A stretch of DNA of 58,706 nt, from the NCBI GenBank assembly GCA_036836235.1, contig DAITKN010000001.1:1-58706 (forward strand), given 5' to 3'. The notes beneath the pieces were generated by a model. That model was given only the letters and a program-made list of their open reading frames with translations. It searched no databases and had not been told where the DNA came from. Below, one piece after another: positions 24,148 to 36,541 of the stretch. Each line of letters starts with the position of its first letter. The first letter of the stretch is position 1. The position numbers and the translations under genes were made by a program. Origin of the DNA: Gaiellaceae bacterium. GTDB lineage: Bacteria; Actinomycetota; Thermoleophilia; Gaiellales; Gaiellaceae.

Positions 24148-25485
24148 ATGAGCAGGGTCGCGATCTTCGGCGCGGGCTACGTCGGCCTCGTCACGGGTGC
24201 CTGCTTCGCCGAGTTGGGGCACACCGTCGCGATTCGCGACGTGATCCCCTCGAAGATCGACGGTCTGCGCGCCGGGAAGGTCCCGATCTTCGAGCCCGGT
24301 CTCGACGAGCTGCTCGAGCGAAACGCGGAGCGGCTCACGTTCACGCTCGACGTCGCGGAGGCGATCGACGGGGCCGAGTTCGTCTACATCGCGGTGGACA
24401 CGCCGCCGACGTACTCCGGCGACGCCGACCTCTCGCGCGTCTGGACGGTGATCGACGAGCTGCCGCAGGTCGGCGGCGACCCGATCCTCGTCATGAAGAG
24501 CACGGTTCCCGTCGGCACCGGCGAGAAGGTCCGGCACGCCCTCGACACGCGCGGTCTCGAGCACGTCGGCTACGCGTCCAATCCCGAGTTCACGGCGGAA
24601 GGCACCGCCGTGCGCGACTTCCTGCACCCGGACCGGATCGTCGTGGGGGCGTTCGACCCCGCCGACGGCGACCGCGTCGAACAGCTCCATAAAGGCATCG
24701 ACGCGCCGGTCGTGCGGGCGGACGTGTCCTCGTCGGAGATGGTCAAGCTCGCCTCGAACGCGTTCCTGATGACGCGGATCAGCTTCATCAACGAGATCGC
24801 CAACGTCTGCGAGGCCGTCGGCGCCGACGTCACCCAGGTCGCGAAGGGCATCGGGCTCGACCACCGGCTGGGCCCGCACTTCCTCCGCGCGGGGATCGGC
24901 TACGGCGGCTCGTGCTTCCCGAAGGATTCGCTCGCCCTCAAGCAGCTCGCGTCGAACTCGGGCTACCACTTCCAGCTGCTGAACGCGGTGATCGAGGTCA
25001 ACGAGCTGCAGAAGCGCCGCGTGATCAACAAGCTCAAGAAGCACCTCGGCTCGCTGCGCGGGAAGACCGTCGCGCTCCTCGGACTCGCGTTCAAGCCGAA
25101 CACGGACGACATGCGCGAGGCGCCCTCGATCGTGCTCGCGTCGCGGCTGCTCGCGGAGGGTGCGGAGGTGCGCGCGTGGGATCCCGTCGCCGACGCGAGC
25201 GACATCCTTCAGGGCGTCACGTTCTGCGACTCGCCGCTCGAGACGGTGACGGGTGCCGACGCGGCCGTGATCGTGACGGAGTGGCCGCAGCTGCGGGAGC
25301 TCGCCACCGCGGAGACGCGCGAGGCGATGCGCCGCGCGATCATCGTCGACGGGCGCAACCTGCTCGATCCCGACGAGGTGCGAGCCGCAGGCTTCGCATA
25401 CGAGGGGATCGGCCGGCCGACCACCGCGTTCTCCGCCCTGCCGGAGACCCCCGAGCGCGAACCGTCGCAAGAGTCGCAACGCTGA
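24148..25485 (+). CDS. ugd: UDP-glucose 6-dehydrogenase
   Basis: Rossmann motif GAGYVGLVTGACFA and catalytic Cys motif GYGGSCFPKD. Confidence 0.93.
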   Translation: MSRVAIFGAGYVGLVTGACFAELGHTVAIRDVIPSKIDGLRAGKVPIFEPGLDELLERNAERLTFTLDVAEAIDGAEFVYIAVDTPPTYSGDADLSRVWTVIDELPQVGGDPILVMKSTVPVGTGEKVRHALDTRGLEHVGYASNPEFTAEGTAVRDFLHPDRIVVGAFDPADGDRVEQLHKGIDAPVVRADVSSSEMVKLASNAFLMTRISFINEIANVCEAVGADVTQVAKGIGLDHRLGPHFLRAGIGYGGSCFPKDSLALKQLASNSGYHFQLLNAVIEVNELQKRRVINKLKKHLGSLRGKTVALLGLAFKPNTDDMREAPSIVLASRLLAEGAEVRAWDPVADASDILQGVTFCDSPLETVTGADAAVIVTEWPQLRELATAETREAMRRAIIVDGRNLLDPDEVRAAGFAYEGIGRPTTAFSALPETPEREPSQESQR

Positions 25486-26180
25486 TGGAGGCGCTGCTCC
25501 TCGCCGGCGGCAAGGGGGAGCGACTGGGGGAGGCGGCGGAGGGAAGGCCGAAGCCGCTCGTCCTTGTCGGCGGCCGCCCGCTCGCGTCGTACCAGGTCGC
25601 GCAGCTCGCCCGTGCGGGGGTGACGCGCGTGATCGTCGCGTGCTCGGCGGGCTTCGAGCAGCTGTTCCAGGCAGAGCTCGGTGGGGTCGGTGTCGAGATC
25701 GTGACGGTCGGCGAGCGCGAGCCGCTCGGGCGGGGCGGGGGCCTACGGTTGGCTGCCGCGGAGCGAAAGGAGTCCGGGCCCGTCTTCGCGCTGAACGGAG
25801 ACGAGCTGCTCGACCTCGACCTGCCGCAGCTGCTGGAGCGCCACCTCGAGCTCGGCGGCGCGGCGACGATCGTCGTCTCGCCGCTCGTCTCGCACCTCGG
25901 TGTCGTCGAACTCGAGGACGACGACACCGTGACAGGCTTCCGCGAGGGCCCGAGGCTCCCGCACTGGGTCAACTCGGGTGTCTACGTCCTCGGCGAGGAG
26001 GCGCTCGAACGACTCCCGGACCGCGGCGACCACGAGGCGAGCACGTTCCCCGAGCTGGCCCAGGAAGGGAAGCTGAAGGCGTTCCGTCACGAAGGCGTCT
26101 GGCTCACCGTGAACACGCCTAAGGACCTGCGCCGGGCCGAGGAGTTCATCGCCGCGAACCCCGAATGGCGACAGGCGTAG
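25485..26180 (+). CDS. Sugar-phosphate nucleotidyltransferase (NTP_transferase family)
   Basis: N-terminal LLAGGKGERLG signature. ATG 25485 overlaps the ugd TGA. 231 aa. Confidence 0.8.
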   Translation: MEALLLAGGKGERLGEAAEGRPKPLVLVGGRPLASYQVAQLARAGVTRVIVACSAGFEQLFQAELGGVGVEIVTVGEREPLGRGGGLRLAAAERKESGPVFALNGDELLDLDLPQLLERHLELGGAATIVVSPLVSHLGVVELEDDDTVTGFREGPRLPHWVNSGVYVLGEEALERLPDRGDHEASTFPELAQEGKLKAFRHEGVWLTVNTPKDLRRAEEFIAANPEWRQA

Positions 26181-26210
26181 ACTCGCCCAATCGGCGAGGA
26201 GTCACCCAAT

Positions 26211-26600
26211 TTGAACACGCTTTCCCGCTTCGCGTTCGAGCCCGAGCGCGTCGAGAAGCCGTGGGGCTGGGAGCTGATCTGGGCCCACGCCGAGGAGTAC
26301 GTCGGCAAGCTCCTCTTCGTCCGGGCCGGACACGCCCTCTCCAAGCAGTTCCACAAGGTCAAGGACGAGTCGTGGTACTTCCAGGAGGGCCGCGCGGAGC
26401 TCGAGCTCAACGCGCCGGGCGAGGCGGTCGAAAAGACTGAGGTCGTGGGACCGGGCGCCGCGTTTCGCCTCAAGCCCGGCACGGTGCACAAGCTGACCGC
26501 GCTCGAGGACACGCTCGTGATCGAGGTGTCGACGCCGCACCTCGACGACATCGTGCGGCTCGAAGACCGGTACGGCCGGGAGGGGACGACCGCACGCTAG
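26211..26600 (+). CDS. Cupin-domain protein (type II phosphomannose-isomerase-like cupin)
   Basis: 129 aa with a TTG start, PWGWE...K.L.V..G..LS.Q.H..K.E.W and GTVHKL cupin motifs. Confidence 0.65.
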   Translation: MNTLSRFAFEPERVEKPWGWELIWAHAEEYVGKLLFVRAGHALSKQFHKVKDESWYFQEGRAELELNAPGEAVEKTEVVGPGAAFRLKPGTVHKLTALEDTLVIEVSTPHLDDIVRLEDRYGREGTTAR

Positions 26601-26630
26601 CTTGACACAACTGTGTTAAGGTAGTGCAGG

Positions 26631-26954
26631 ATGGACGATCTCACCGTAGGACAGGCGGCCGCGCGCACCGGCTGGTCGCCGCGGATGCTCCGCTACCTCG
26701 AGACTGCAGGGCTCGTCGCCCCGCGGCGCACCGCGTCCGGCTACCGGCTCTACGGCCTGCGCGAGCTCAACCAGCTTCGCTCCCTGCGCAACCTCCGTGC
26801 CCGCTTCACGCTCGAGATCTCAGACATGGCCTTTGCCGCGCGCCTGCGCCGCGAGCCCGAGCTCAGGGCGGCGGTCGACACCTGGCTCGCAGGGACGGGC
26901 CTCGCCGCGCTGGAGTGGGAGCAGCGCAAGCACGAGCGGCTCCTGGCCGCCTAA
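26631..26954 (+). CDS. MerR-family transcriptional regulator
   Basis: The N-terminal HTH is LTVGQAAARTGWSPRMLRYLETAGLVAPRRTASGYRLYG. 107 aa. Confidence 0.8.
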   Translation: MDDLTVGQAAARTGWSPRMLRYLETAGLVAPRRTASGYRLYGLRELNQLRSLRNLRARFTLEISDMAFAARLRREPELRAAVDTWLAGTGLAALEWEQRKHERLLAA

Positions 26955-26982
26955 CTAGACTGGCCTCCAAACGGAAGGACTC

Positions 26983-28251
26983 ATGGCTACGACCAAACGA
27001 TTCGACGTCAAGGACCTGGCACTCGCGGCGGAAGGCATCCGCAGGATCGAGTGGGCCGACCGGCAGATGCCGGTCCTCGCGGCGATCCGCGAGCGCTTCG
27101 AGAGCGAGCAGCCGCTGAACGGCTACCGCATCGCAGCCTGCCTCCACGTCACCACCGAGACGGCGAACCTCGCCCGCACGCTGAAGGCCGGCGGCGCCGA
27201 CGTGGTGCTCTGCGCCTCGAATCCCCTCTCGACGCAGGACGACGTCGCCGCGGCGCTCGTCGACGAGTACGACATCTCCGTCTTCGCGATCAAGGGCGAG
27301 GACAACGACACGTACTACTCGCACATCGAGGCGGCCGTCGACCACAAGCCGCACCTGACCATGGACGACGGGGCCGATGTGATCGGCGTCCTCCACTCGG
27401 CGCGGCGCGAGCAGCTCGGCGACATCATCGCGGGCACCGAGGAGACGACCACGGGCGTGATCCGGTTGAAGGCGCTCGAGGCCGACGGCAAGCTCGGCTT
27501 CCCGATCATCGCGGTCAACGAGGCGAAGACGAAGCATCTGTTCGACAACCGCTACGGCACGGGGCAGTCGACCATCGACGGGATCATCCGCGCCACGAAC
27601 GTCCTCCTCGCCGGCAAGCGTTTCGTCGTCAGCGGCTACGGCTGGGTCGGGCGCGGCGTCGCGATGCGGGCCCGGGGGATGGGCGCGCACGTGATCGTGA
27701 CCGAGGTCGACCCGTTGCCCGCGCTCGAGGCGTCGATGGACGGCTACGAGGTTCTACCGATGGAGAAGGCGGCCGAGATCGGCGACATCTTCTGCACCGC
27801 GACCGGTGACAAGAGCGTGATCGCGAAGCAGCACATGGAGCGGATGAAGGACGGCGCGATTCTCGCGAACACGGGCCACTTCAACGTCGAGATCGAGATC
27901 TCCGCGCTCCGCTCGCTCGCATCCGAGACGCGCCACGCCCGTGAGTTCGTCGAGGAGTTCACGCTCGAGGACGGTCGTCGGCTATATCTGATCGCCGACG
28001 GACGGCTCGTCAACCTCTCGGCTGCGGAGGGGCACCCGGCACTCGTGATGGACATGTCCTTCGCGAACCAGGCGCTCGCGGCCGAGTACGCCTTCGCAAA
28101 CGCGTCCACGCTCGAGCGCAAGGTGTATCCCGTTCCGACCGAGATCGACGAGGAGATCGCACGCCTGAAGCTGGCGACGATGGGCGTCGAGATCGACGAG
28201 TTGACCGAGGAGCAGGCGAAGTACCTGGCCTCGTGGGACGAGGGCACCTGA
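26983..28251 (+). CDS. ahcY: Adenosylhomocysteinase
   Basis: 422 aa with the NAD-binding motif [11 protein letters not shown] and conserved DDGAD, ETTTGV and GHFNVEI motifs. Confidence 0.97.
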   Translation: MATTKRFDVKDLALAAEGIRRIEWADRQMPVLAAIRERFESEQPLNGYRIAACLHVTTETANLARTLKAGGADVVLCASNPLSTQDDVAAALVDEYDISVFAIKGEDNDTYYSHIEAAVDHKPHLTMDDGADVIGVLHSARREQLGDIIAGTEETTTGVIRLKALEADGKLGFPIIAVNEAKTKHLFDNRYGTGQSTIDGIIRATNVLLAGKRFVVSGYGWVGRGVAMRARGMGAHVIVTEVDPLPALEASMDGYEVLPMEKAAEIGDIFCTATGDKSVIAKQHMERMKDGAILANTGHFNVEIEISALRSLASETRHAREFVEEFTLEDGRRLYLIADGRLVNLSAAEGHPALVMDMSFANQALAAEYAFANASTLERKVYPVPTEIDEEIARLKLATMGVEIDELTEEQAKYLASWDEGT

Positions 28252-28709
28252 GCCGAGTCCTGGCCGCCGCTGCGGTCGCGGGCGTCCTTGCGACGTCCGC
28301 AGCCGCGTCGGTGGGAATCGGGTTCACCGTCGTCGCCGCAGGCGGCGCCGAGCCGACCGGCAGCCAGCGCGCGACCGGCTACCTGGCCGCGAGCGTGCCG
28401 GCGACGCGGCCGTGGTCGAAGCGGCTCACTCCTGCCGACCAAGCACGTGTGCGCGCCATCCCGTTCCGAACGGCCGGCGCGGTGGCCGTCTTCCTCGACG
28501 GGATGCCGTGCGCCCAGAAGGTCGCCGTCACACGACTGACGCGCAGCGGCTCCGAGCTGCAGGTCGACGTGGCGTTCACGCGGCTGCCGATCGGGGTGGC
28601 GACCTGCGTCCGCACGTCGACCGCGTACCGCGTCCTGCGGGTGCGCAAGGCCGCGCTCGGCACACCCGCGCCGACACGGGTCCGCGTCGTCGCGCACGCG
28701 CGCGCTTGA
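28233..28709 (+). CDS. Hypothetical exported protein
   Basis: Signal-like [20 protein letters not shown]. It sits between ahcY and mtnA with overlaps at both ends. No domain recognised. Confidence 0.4.
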   Translation: MGRGHLSRVLAAAAVAGVLATSAAASVGIGFTVVAAGGAEPTGSQRATGYLAASVPATRPWSKRLTPADQARVRAIPFRTAGAVAVFLDGMPCAQKVAVTRLTRSGSELQVDVAFTRLPIGVATCVRTSTAYRVLRVRKAALGTPAPTRVRVVAHARA

Positions 28710-29662
28710 GGGCCGAGCTCGAGCCGGACCGGATCATCCGGCTCGAACCGGGCCGCGTCGTGCTGCTCGACCAGCGCCGGCTGCCCGACGAGGAGGTCGA
28801 GCTCGTCTGCCGCTCGGCTGCGGAGGTCGCAGAAGCGATTCGCACGCTCGCCGTCCGCGGTGCGCCCGCGCTCGGGATCGCCGCCGCGTACGCCTACGCG
28901 CTCGCAGCGGAGAACGGCGACGACGTCGACGAGGCGCACGCCGTCCTCCTCGAGTCCCGTCCGACCGCAGTGAACATCGCCTGGGCGCTCGAGGAGATGC
29001 GGGCGGACCCGAGCGCCGAGAACGCACGGCGGATCCACACCGACGAGGTCGAGCGCTGCCGCCGAATGGCCGCTCACGCCGCCGACCTGATCGGCCGCCG
29101 ACCGCTGACGCATTGCAACGCGGGCGGGCTTGCGACCGGCGGTTACGGAAGCGCGGTCGGCGCGTTGCGGGCGGCGTGGGAGCGCGGCCATGTCGAGAGC
29201 GTTCTCGTCGACGAGACCCGCCCGCTTCTGCAGGGCGGGCGCCTGACAGCGTGGGAGCTCGAAGCGCTCGGCATCCCGCACGCGGTGATCGCCGACTCCG
29301 CCGCAGCGTCGATGATGGCCGCGGGTGAGGTCGACTGCGTCGTCACGGGCGCCGACCGGATCGCGGCGAACGGCGACACCGCGAACAAGATCGGCACCTA
29401 CTCCCTCGCGGTGCTTGCGGCGCACCACGGAATCCCGCTGTACGTCGTCGCGCCGAGCTCGACGATCGACCTGGCCACGGCTGACGGCGCAGGCATCCCG
29501 ATCGAGGAGCGCGACGCCGCGGAGATCACCTCACGCTTCGCCGCGCGAAATCCCGCGTTCGACGTCACGCCGGCCGCCCTGATCGCCGCGATCGTGACCG
29601 AGGACGGCATCCACCGCGCGCCCTACGCGCAGTCGCTCGCGCCTGCTCCCGCGCCGGCATGA
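28706..29662 (+). CDS. mtnA: S-methyl-5-thioribose-1-phosphate isomerase (eIF-2B alpha/beta/delta family)
   Basis: LLDQRRLP, AIRTLAVRGAPALGIAAAYA and GADRIAANGDTANKIGTY motifs. TTG 28706 overlaps the upstream stop. Confidence 0.88.
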   Translation: MRAELEPDRIIRLEPGRVVLLDQRRLPDEEVELVCRSAAEVAEAIRTLAVRGAPALGIAAAYAYALAAENGDDVDEAHAVLLESRPTAVNIAWALEEMRADPSAENARRIHTDEVERCRRMAAHAADLIGRRPLTHCNAGGLATGGYGSAVGALRAAWERGHVESVLVDETRPLLQGGRLTAWELEALGIPHAVIADSAAASMMAAGEVDCVVTGADRIAANGDTANKIGTYSLAVLAAHHGIPLYVVAPSSTIDLATADGAGIPIEERDAAEITSRFAARNPAFDVTPAALIAAIVTEDGIHRAPYAQSLAPAPAPA

Positions 29663-30702
29663 GCGTCGTCGAGCGCTACCACTTCGACGAATCGCTGTTC
29701 GAGCGCTTGCAGGCGCTCGTCGCGGACGGCACGCTCTCGGCGGAGTCCAACTACGTGCGCGGACGGATCGAACCGCTCCCGAGCGAGGCGCTCGTTCCGT
29801 TGGATCGTGCACTAGTGCACAAGGGCCAGGAAGCGATCGACCGCGGCGAGGTGGCCGCGGCAGTGCTGAACGGCGGGATGGCCACGCGCTTCGGCGGAGT
29901 CGTGAAGGGCATCGTCGAAGTTGTGGACGGACGGAGCTTCCTCGAATGGAAGCTGCTGGACGCGGAGCGGGCGGGGGTGCCGATGGTGGTGATGAACAGC
30001 TTTGCCACCGACGAGGCGACGTGCGAATTCGTCGCCGGGCTCGAGGTCACCCAGCCGCGGTTCTTCACCCAGTCGGTCTCGCTGCGCCTGAACCGAGACG
30101 GGACCTTGTTCCTCGACGAGGACGGGGCGGCGGCGCCCTACGCACCCGGCCACGGCGACTTCGTCCGTTCAGTGCGGCGCGAGGGCGTGCTCGACGAACT
30201 GCGCGCGCGTGGCGTCCGGCTCCTGCTGCTGTCGAACGTGGACAACCTCGCCGCGCGGGTCGATCCCGCAGTCGTGGGGGCGCACGTTGCCGGCGGGCGG
30301 CCCATCACGCTCGAGGTGACCGAGAAGGCGCCCGGCGACAAGGGTGGAGCGCCCGCGCTCGTCGACGGGCGCCCGATGGCCGTCGAGGGCTTCCGCTTCC
30401 CGCCGGACTTCGACCAGGATCGGATCCCCGTCTTCGCGACGAACTGCTTCGTCTTCGACCTCGACGCGCTCGACCGCGAGTACGACCTGACCTGGCTGTA
30501 CGTCGAGAAGGAGGTCTCGGGGAAGCCCGCCGTCCAGCTCGAGCAGCTCGTGAACGAGGTGACGAGGCTCCAGCCGACGACGTTCCTCCAGGTGCCGCGC
30601 ACAGGCCCACAGGGTCGGTTCTTTCCAGTGAAGACGCCGGAGGATCTCGAGGCGTCGCGCGAGCCGCTGCGCGAGCTTCTGCACAGTTCCGTCACGGATT
30701 AG
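29659..30702 (+). CDS. UDPGP-family (UTP-sugar-1-phosphate uridylyltransferase-like) nucleotidyltransferase
   Basis: VLNGGMATRFGG resembles the UDPGP LNGGLGT(S/R)MG signature. 347 aa. It has an ATGA overlap with mtnA. Confidence 0.6.
   Translation: MSVVERYHFDESLFERLQALVADGTLSAESNYVRGRIEPLPSEALVPLDRALVHKGQEAIDRGEVAAAVLNGGMATRFGGVVKGIVEVVDGRSFLEWKLLDAERAGVPMVVMNSFATDEATCEFVAGLEVTQPRFFTQSVSLRLNRDGTLFLDEDGAAAPYAPGHGDFVRSVRREGVLDELRARGVRLLLLSNVDNLAARVDPAVVGAHVAGGRPITLEVTEKAPGDKGGAPALVDGRPMAVEGFRFPPDFDQDRIPVFATNCFVFDLDALDREYDLTWLYVEKEVSGKPAVQLEQLVNEVTRLQPTTFLQVPRTGPQGRFFPVKTPEDLEASREPLRELLHSSVTD
29807..29820. repeat. 14-bp perfect palindrome GTGCACTAGTGCAC (copy inside the UDPGP-like CDS)
   Basis: Read directly. 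It is identical, including the following AA, to 36542-36557. Confidence 0.6.
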
Positions 30703-30729
30703 CGCGCCGGACGCACCTACGCTCGGAGG

Positions 30730-31392
30730 GTGCTCGAGCTGCTCCTCCCGCAGCGGTGCGTCGTCTGCTCCGTCCAGGGGGTACAGGTCTGCGAACGCTG
30801 CCGCGCGGGGCTGCCGCGCATCGGCGCGCCGCTCTGCGAGCGCTGTGGCGCGCCGACCGCCTGGCCGGTCGCCCGCTGCGCCGAATGCTCGGGCCGTCGG
30901 CTCGCGTTCGCCTCGGCGCGGGCAGCCGTTCCGTACGACGACGCTGTGCGGGCGCTCGTCCGCGAGTGGAAGGAGCGCGGCCTGCGCCGGCTCGCCCTCC
31001 TCGCCGCGGATCTCGTCGCTGGAACCGTCGAGCGCCCGGACGGCGCGACGCTCGTCCCGGTTCCTGCCGACCGTGACCGCAGCCTAAAGCGCGGCCACGA
31101 GCCGGCTACCCAGCTCGCCAGCGAGCTCGGACGCCGCTGGGAGCTTCCGGTCGAGCGGCTCCTTCGCCGCACGCGCGCAGGCCAGCGGCAGCGCGGCCTC
31201 TCGCAAGCCGACCGCCGCGCCAACGTCCGCGGGGCGTTCGCGGCGGCACGCCAAATCCAGACCCGAATCGTCCTGATCGATGACGTCTACACGACAGGAT
31301 CGACCGCCAATGCGGCCGCGTCCGCCCTGCGGAAGGGCGGAGCGCGCCGGGTCGACGTCGTCACCTTCGCCCGCACGATCCGCATCCGCTAG
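30730..31392 (+). CDS. comF: ComF-family phosphoribosyltransferase-domain protein
   Basis: N-terminal double CxxC zinc finger (CVVC...CERC...CERCG...CAEC) and a C-terminal PRT motif VLIDDVYTTGST. Its position upstream of hpf-secA is conserved. Confidence 0.8.
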   Translation: MLELLLPQRCVVCSVQGVQVCERCRAGLPRIGAPLCERCGAPTAWPVARCAECSGRRLAFASARAAVPYDDAVRALVREWKERGLRRLALLAADLVAGTVERPDGATLVPVPADRDRSLKRGHEPATQLASELGRRWELPVERLLRRTRAGQRQRGLSQADRRANVRGAFAAARQIQTRIVLIDDVYTTGSTANAAASALRKGGARRVDVVTFARTIRIR

Positions 31393-31421
31393 ATTCGTCC
31401 GGAGCGACCTCGGGAGGCTGG

Positions 31422-31970
31422 ATGCGACTTCAGGTGAAGGGCCGGAACCTCGAGGTCAGCGATTCGATCCGCGAGTACGCCGAGCGCAAGCTCGGGAAGC
31501 TCGACCGCCTGCTGAACGACCTGACGACCGTCGAGCTCGAGCTCGCCGTCGAGCGCAATCCCTCGATCGCCGAGAACCAGGTCGCCGAGGCCACGATCTT
31601 CACCAAGGGCCCCGTCTTGCGAGCCCGGGAGGCTTCCGGAGACATGAAGGCGTCGATCGACCAGCTGACCGAGAAGCTGATGCGCCAGGTAAAGCACTAC
31701 CGCGAGTCGCGGCAGGATCACCGCCGCTTACGCGGCCCCGGAGCCACCGCCGACCAAGGAGGATTCGTGATCGAGGACGGAGCGGAGCCGCAGATCGTCA
31801 AGACGAAGCAGTTCGCGGTCAAGCCGATGAGCGCCGAGGAGGCCGTGCTTCAGCTCGAGCTTGTCGGCCACGACTTCTTCGTCTTCCAGAACGCGGATTC
31901 GAGCGAGGTGAACGTCGTCTACCGCCGGCGCGGCGGCGGCTACGGGCTGATCGAGCCGCAGACCTACTAG
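31422..31970 (+). CDS. hpf: Ribosome hibernation promoting factor (long form)
   Basis: 182 aa with an N-terminal S30AE domain (MRLQVKGRNLEVSDSIREYAERKLGKL) and a C-terminal dimerisation domain (KTKQFAVKPMSAEEAVLQLELVGHDFFVF). Confidence 0.92.
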   Translation: MRLQVKGRNLEVSDSIREYAERKLGKLDRLLNDLTTVELELAVERNPSIAENQVAEATIFTKGPVLRAREASGDMKASIDQLTEKLMRQVKHYRESRQDHRRLRGPGATADQGGFVIEDGAEPQIVKTKQFAVKPMSAEEAVLQLELVGHDFFVFQNADSSEVNVVYRRRGGGYGLIEPQTY

Positions 31971-31971
31971 G

Positions 31972-32565
31972 TTGCGCTGGCCCTGGCGTCGCGCGGAGAC
32001 GCTCAACCAGAAACTGCTGCGCGAGGCCGGTCTCGACTCGACAGCCTCGACGCTTGGTGAGCCCGAGCCGGCGTCTTTCCCGCAGGGCCGACACGCCTCC
32101 TGGAACGACTCAGCGATCACCGGGATGGCCCGCACGCGCGAGTGGGACGTGACCGCGCTGGCGGACGCGCCGCAAATCGAGGGCGAGGAGGTCCGCTTCG
32201 ACGTGCTGCCTGACGGCACGATCCTCGTCGAGGACGACGTGGGCGATGCGGCGCTCGCTCCGCTGGCCGAAGCCGTCGAAGCGACCTTGCGCCCGCCGTA
32301 TCGCGCCCGTGCGGTGCGCCGGACGGATGCCCGCTGGGCGATCGCGGCCGAAACGATTCGCGTTGTCGAGCTGCCGGGGCAGCCCGGCGATGCGCTCGAA
32401 ATCACCGACCGGGCGGGGGTGCGAGAACTCAAGATCGACGGTGAACGCTCGTTTGGGAGCGTTCCCAAGCTGGAGCTGCTCGCCGGTGCGCAGTTCTCGG
32501 ACTACGCACTCCAGGCTCAGAGACTCGACGGCGATCTCTGGGAGATCCGACTCGATCCGCTCTAG
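31972..32565 (+). CDS. Hypothetical protein
   Basis: 197-aa ORF with a TTG start, an acidic non-repetitive composition, and no recognisable domain. Confidence 0.4.
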   Translation: MRWPWRRAETLNQKLLREAGLDSTASTLGEPEPASFPQGRHASWNDSAITGMARTREWDVTALADAPQIEGEEVRFDVLPDGTILVEDDVGDAALAPLAEAVEATLRPPYRARAVRRTDARWAIAAETIRVVELPGQPGDALEITDRAGVRELKIDGERSFGSVPKLELLAGAQFSDYALQAQRLDGDLWEIRLDPL

Positions 32566-33258
32566 CTAGGCGGCGCAGGTCGTGCCGAGCCGATGGGCTT
32601 CCCGGGCGATCACGAGCGAGGTTGAGCGGGTCTCGGCGAAGGCCGCGTGCGCCTCGCCGAGCTTGCGGGCGAGCACCGCTTCGTGGAAGCGGTCGACGGC
32701 GTCCACGCGGCTCTGCGCGGCAGCCGTGAGCCGCTGGAAGGACCGTATGCCCAGCTTCGGCGGCACGATCTGGCGCACCGCGTTTGCGAACTCGGCCTCG
32801 ACGAGCCGGCGCGCCGTGAAGCTCGCCAGATAGGCGCTGCGCGTCCGCGGGCTCTTCAACCGGTGCAGATCGCTTGCCCGCGTGGCGCACGCTGCCTCGA
32901 CGCGATGCACAAAGGCCGCCCGTTCGTGCCCGGTCTGCTCCGTAGCCGGTGCGGGAGGGAGCTCCATCCCGACCGGGACGGGCGTGCTCTCCACCTTGGG
33001 CTCGGTCGCGCTGACCTGGACGCCCATCTTGACGAACTCGCCCCGGTCCGAGGTGAAGGAACAGACGTAGTCCCAGCCGCTGTTCGAGGCGTTGCACGTG
33101 TACGGCCCGACGCCCGGGGTGCGGTGGTCGAGGTAGGAGCTGAGCTCCGCCGCGGTCAGCCTGCCGCCGGGGAGCTTCGACGCGACGTCGCCGCAGCCGG
33201 ACGAAACCGTCGCGAGACAGCCGATCAGAAGCGCGCGGATCAGCGGTGTGCGGCTCAC
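32566..33258 (-). CDS. Putative lipoprotein
   Basis: An internal GTG at 33258 gives VSRTPLIRALLIGCLATVSSGC with a lipobox (VSSGC). The 334-aa track ORF extends into an Arg/Pro-rich, unlikely N-terminus that overlaps the secA promoter region. Confidence 0.5.
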   Translation of the reverse strand: MSRTPLIRALLIGCLATVSSGCGDVASKLPGGRLTAAELSSYLDHRTPGVGPYTCNASNSGWDYVCSFTSDRGEFVKMGVQVSATEPKVESTPVPVGMELPPAPATEQTGHERAAFVHRVEAACATRASDLHRLKSPRTRSAYLASFTARRLVEAEFANAVRQIVPPKLGIRSFQRLTAAAQSRVDAVDRFHEAVLARKLGEAHAAFAETRSTSLVIAREAHRLGTTCAA

Positions 33259-33329
33259 CTCACGGCAAGGATCGGCCGCAAGCCGACCCCTAACATCCAC
33301 CCAACGGGGGAGCCGATACCCTAAGAACG

Positions 33330-36035
<2,706 letters not shown>

Positions 36036-36038
36036 CGC

Positions 36039-36084
36039 TCGAAAGTCCGGCAGCCGCTGAAGCGGCTGCCATGATGACTTTCGA
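36039..36084. terminator. Long two-tier hairpin between convergent secA and the minus-strand ORF (possible bidirectional terminator)
   Basis: The inner stem is GGCAGCCGC-TGAA-GCGGCTGCC and the outer stem is TCGAAAGTC/GACTTTCGA. There is no clean T-run. Confidence 0.45.
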
Positions 36085-36156
36085 TCGCCTCGCCACCTAG
36101 CGGTCAGCCGCAGCTAGCCGCGACGGCAAAGCCCGCCGCGGCGCCGGAGTCGCGCC

Positions 36157-36531
36157 TCAGCTGGACGATCGCTTCTCTTCGCGGCGTGCCTCTGCTCGAT
36201 TCAAGTGCACTCGTGCACGAGCGAGCGTCTCGTCCAGCTCCCGCGGGGTCGGGAAGTGTCCGACGACGAGCGAGTCGAGCACGCCTGGCGCGCCGTCCGC
36301 AGGCATCTGCGGCGGCGGCGACTCCTGGATCAACTCCAAGACCGTGGTGTAGCCCGGTCTCGGCGTACGCAGCCTCCCTGCAAGCGGTGCGATCCTGCGC
36401 CTTGCCTCCGCCGCCGAGACCCCGAGCCGGCCGAGTCGACGTAGCTCCACGACGAGCGCCGGATGCACAGGCGGTGTCATCCCCTGATCGTCGCCTCGTC
36501 GGCACTTCTCGATGTGCCGACACTGCGCCAA
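36157..36531 (-). CDS. Hypothetical small protein (alternative start at 36480)
   Basis: 124-aa ORF. Met18 (MTPPVHPALVVELRRLG...) is a more plausible start. No domain recognised. Confidence 0.35.
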   Translation of the reverse strand: MAQCRHIEKCRRGDDQGMTPPVHPALVVELRRLGRLGVSAAEARRRIAPLAGRLRTPRPGYTTVLELIQESPPPQMPADGAPGVLDSLVVGHFPTPRELDETLARARVHLNRAEARREEKRSSS

Positions 36532-36541
36532 TCCGTGGTTG

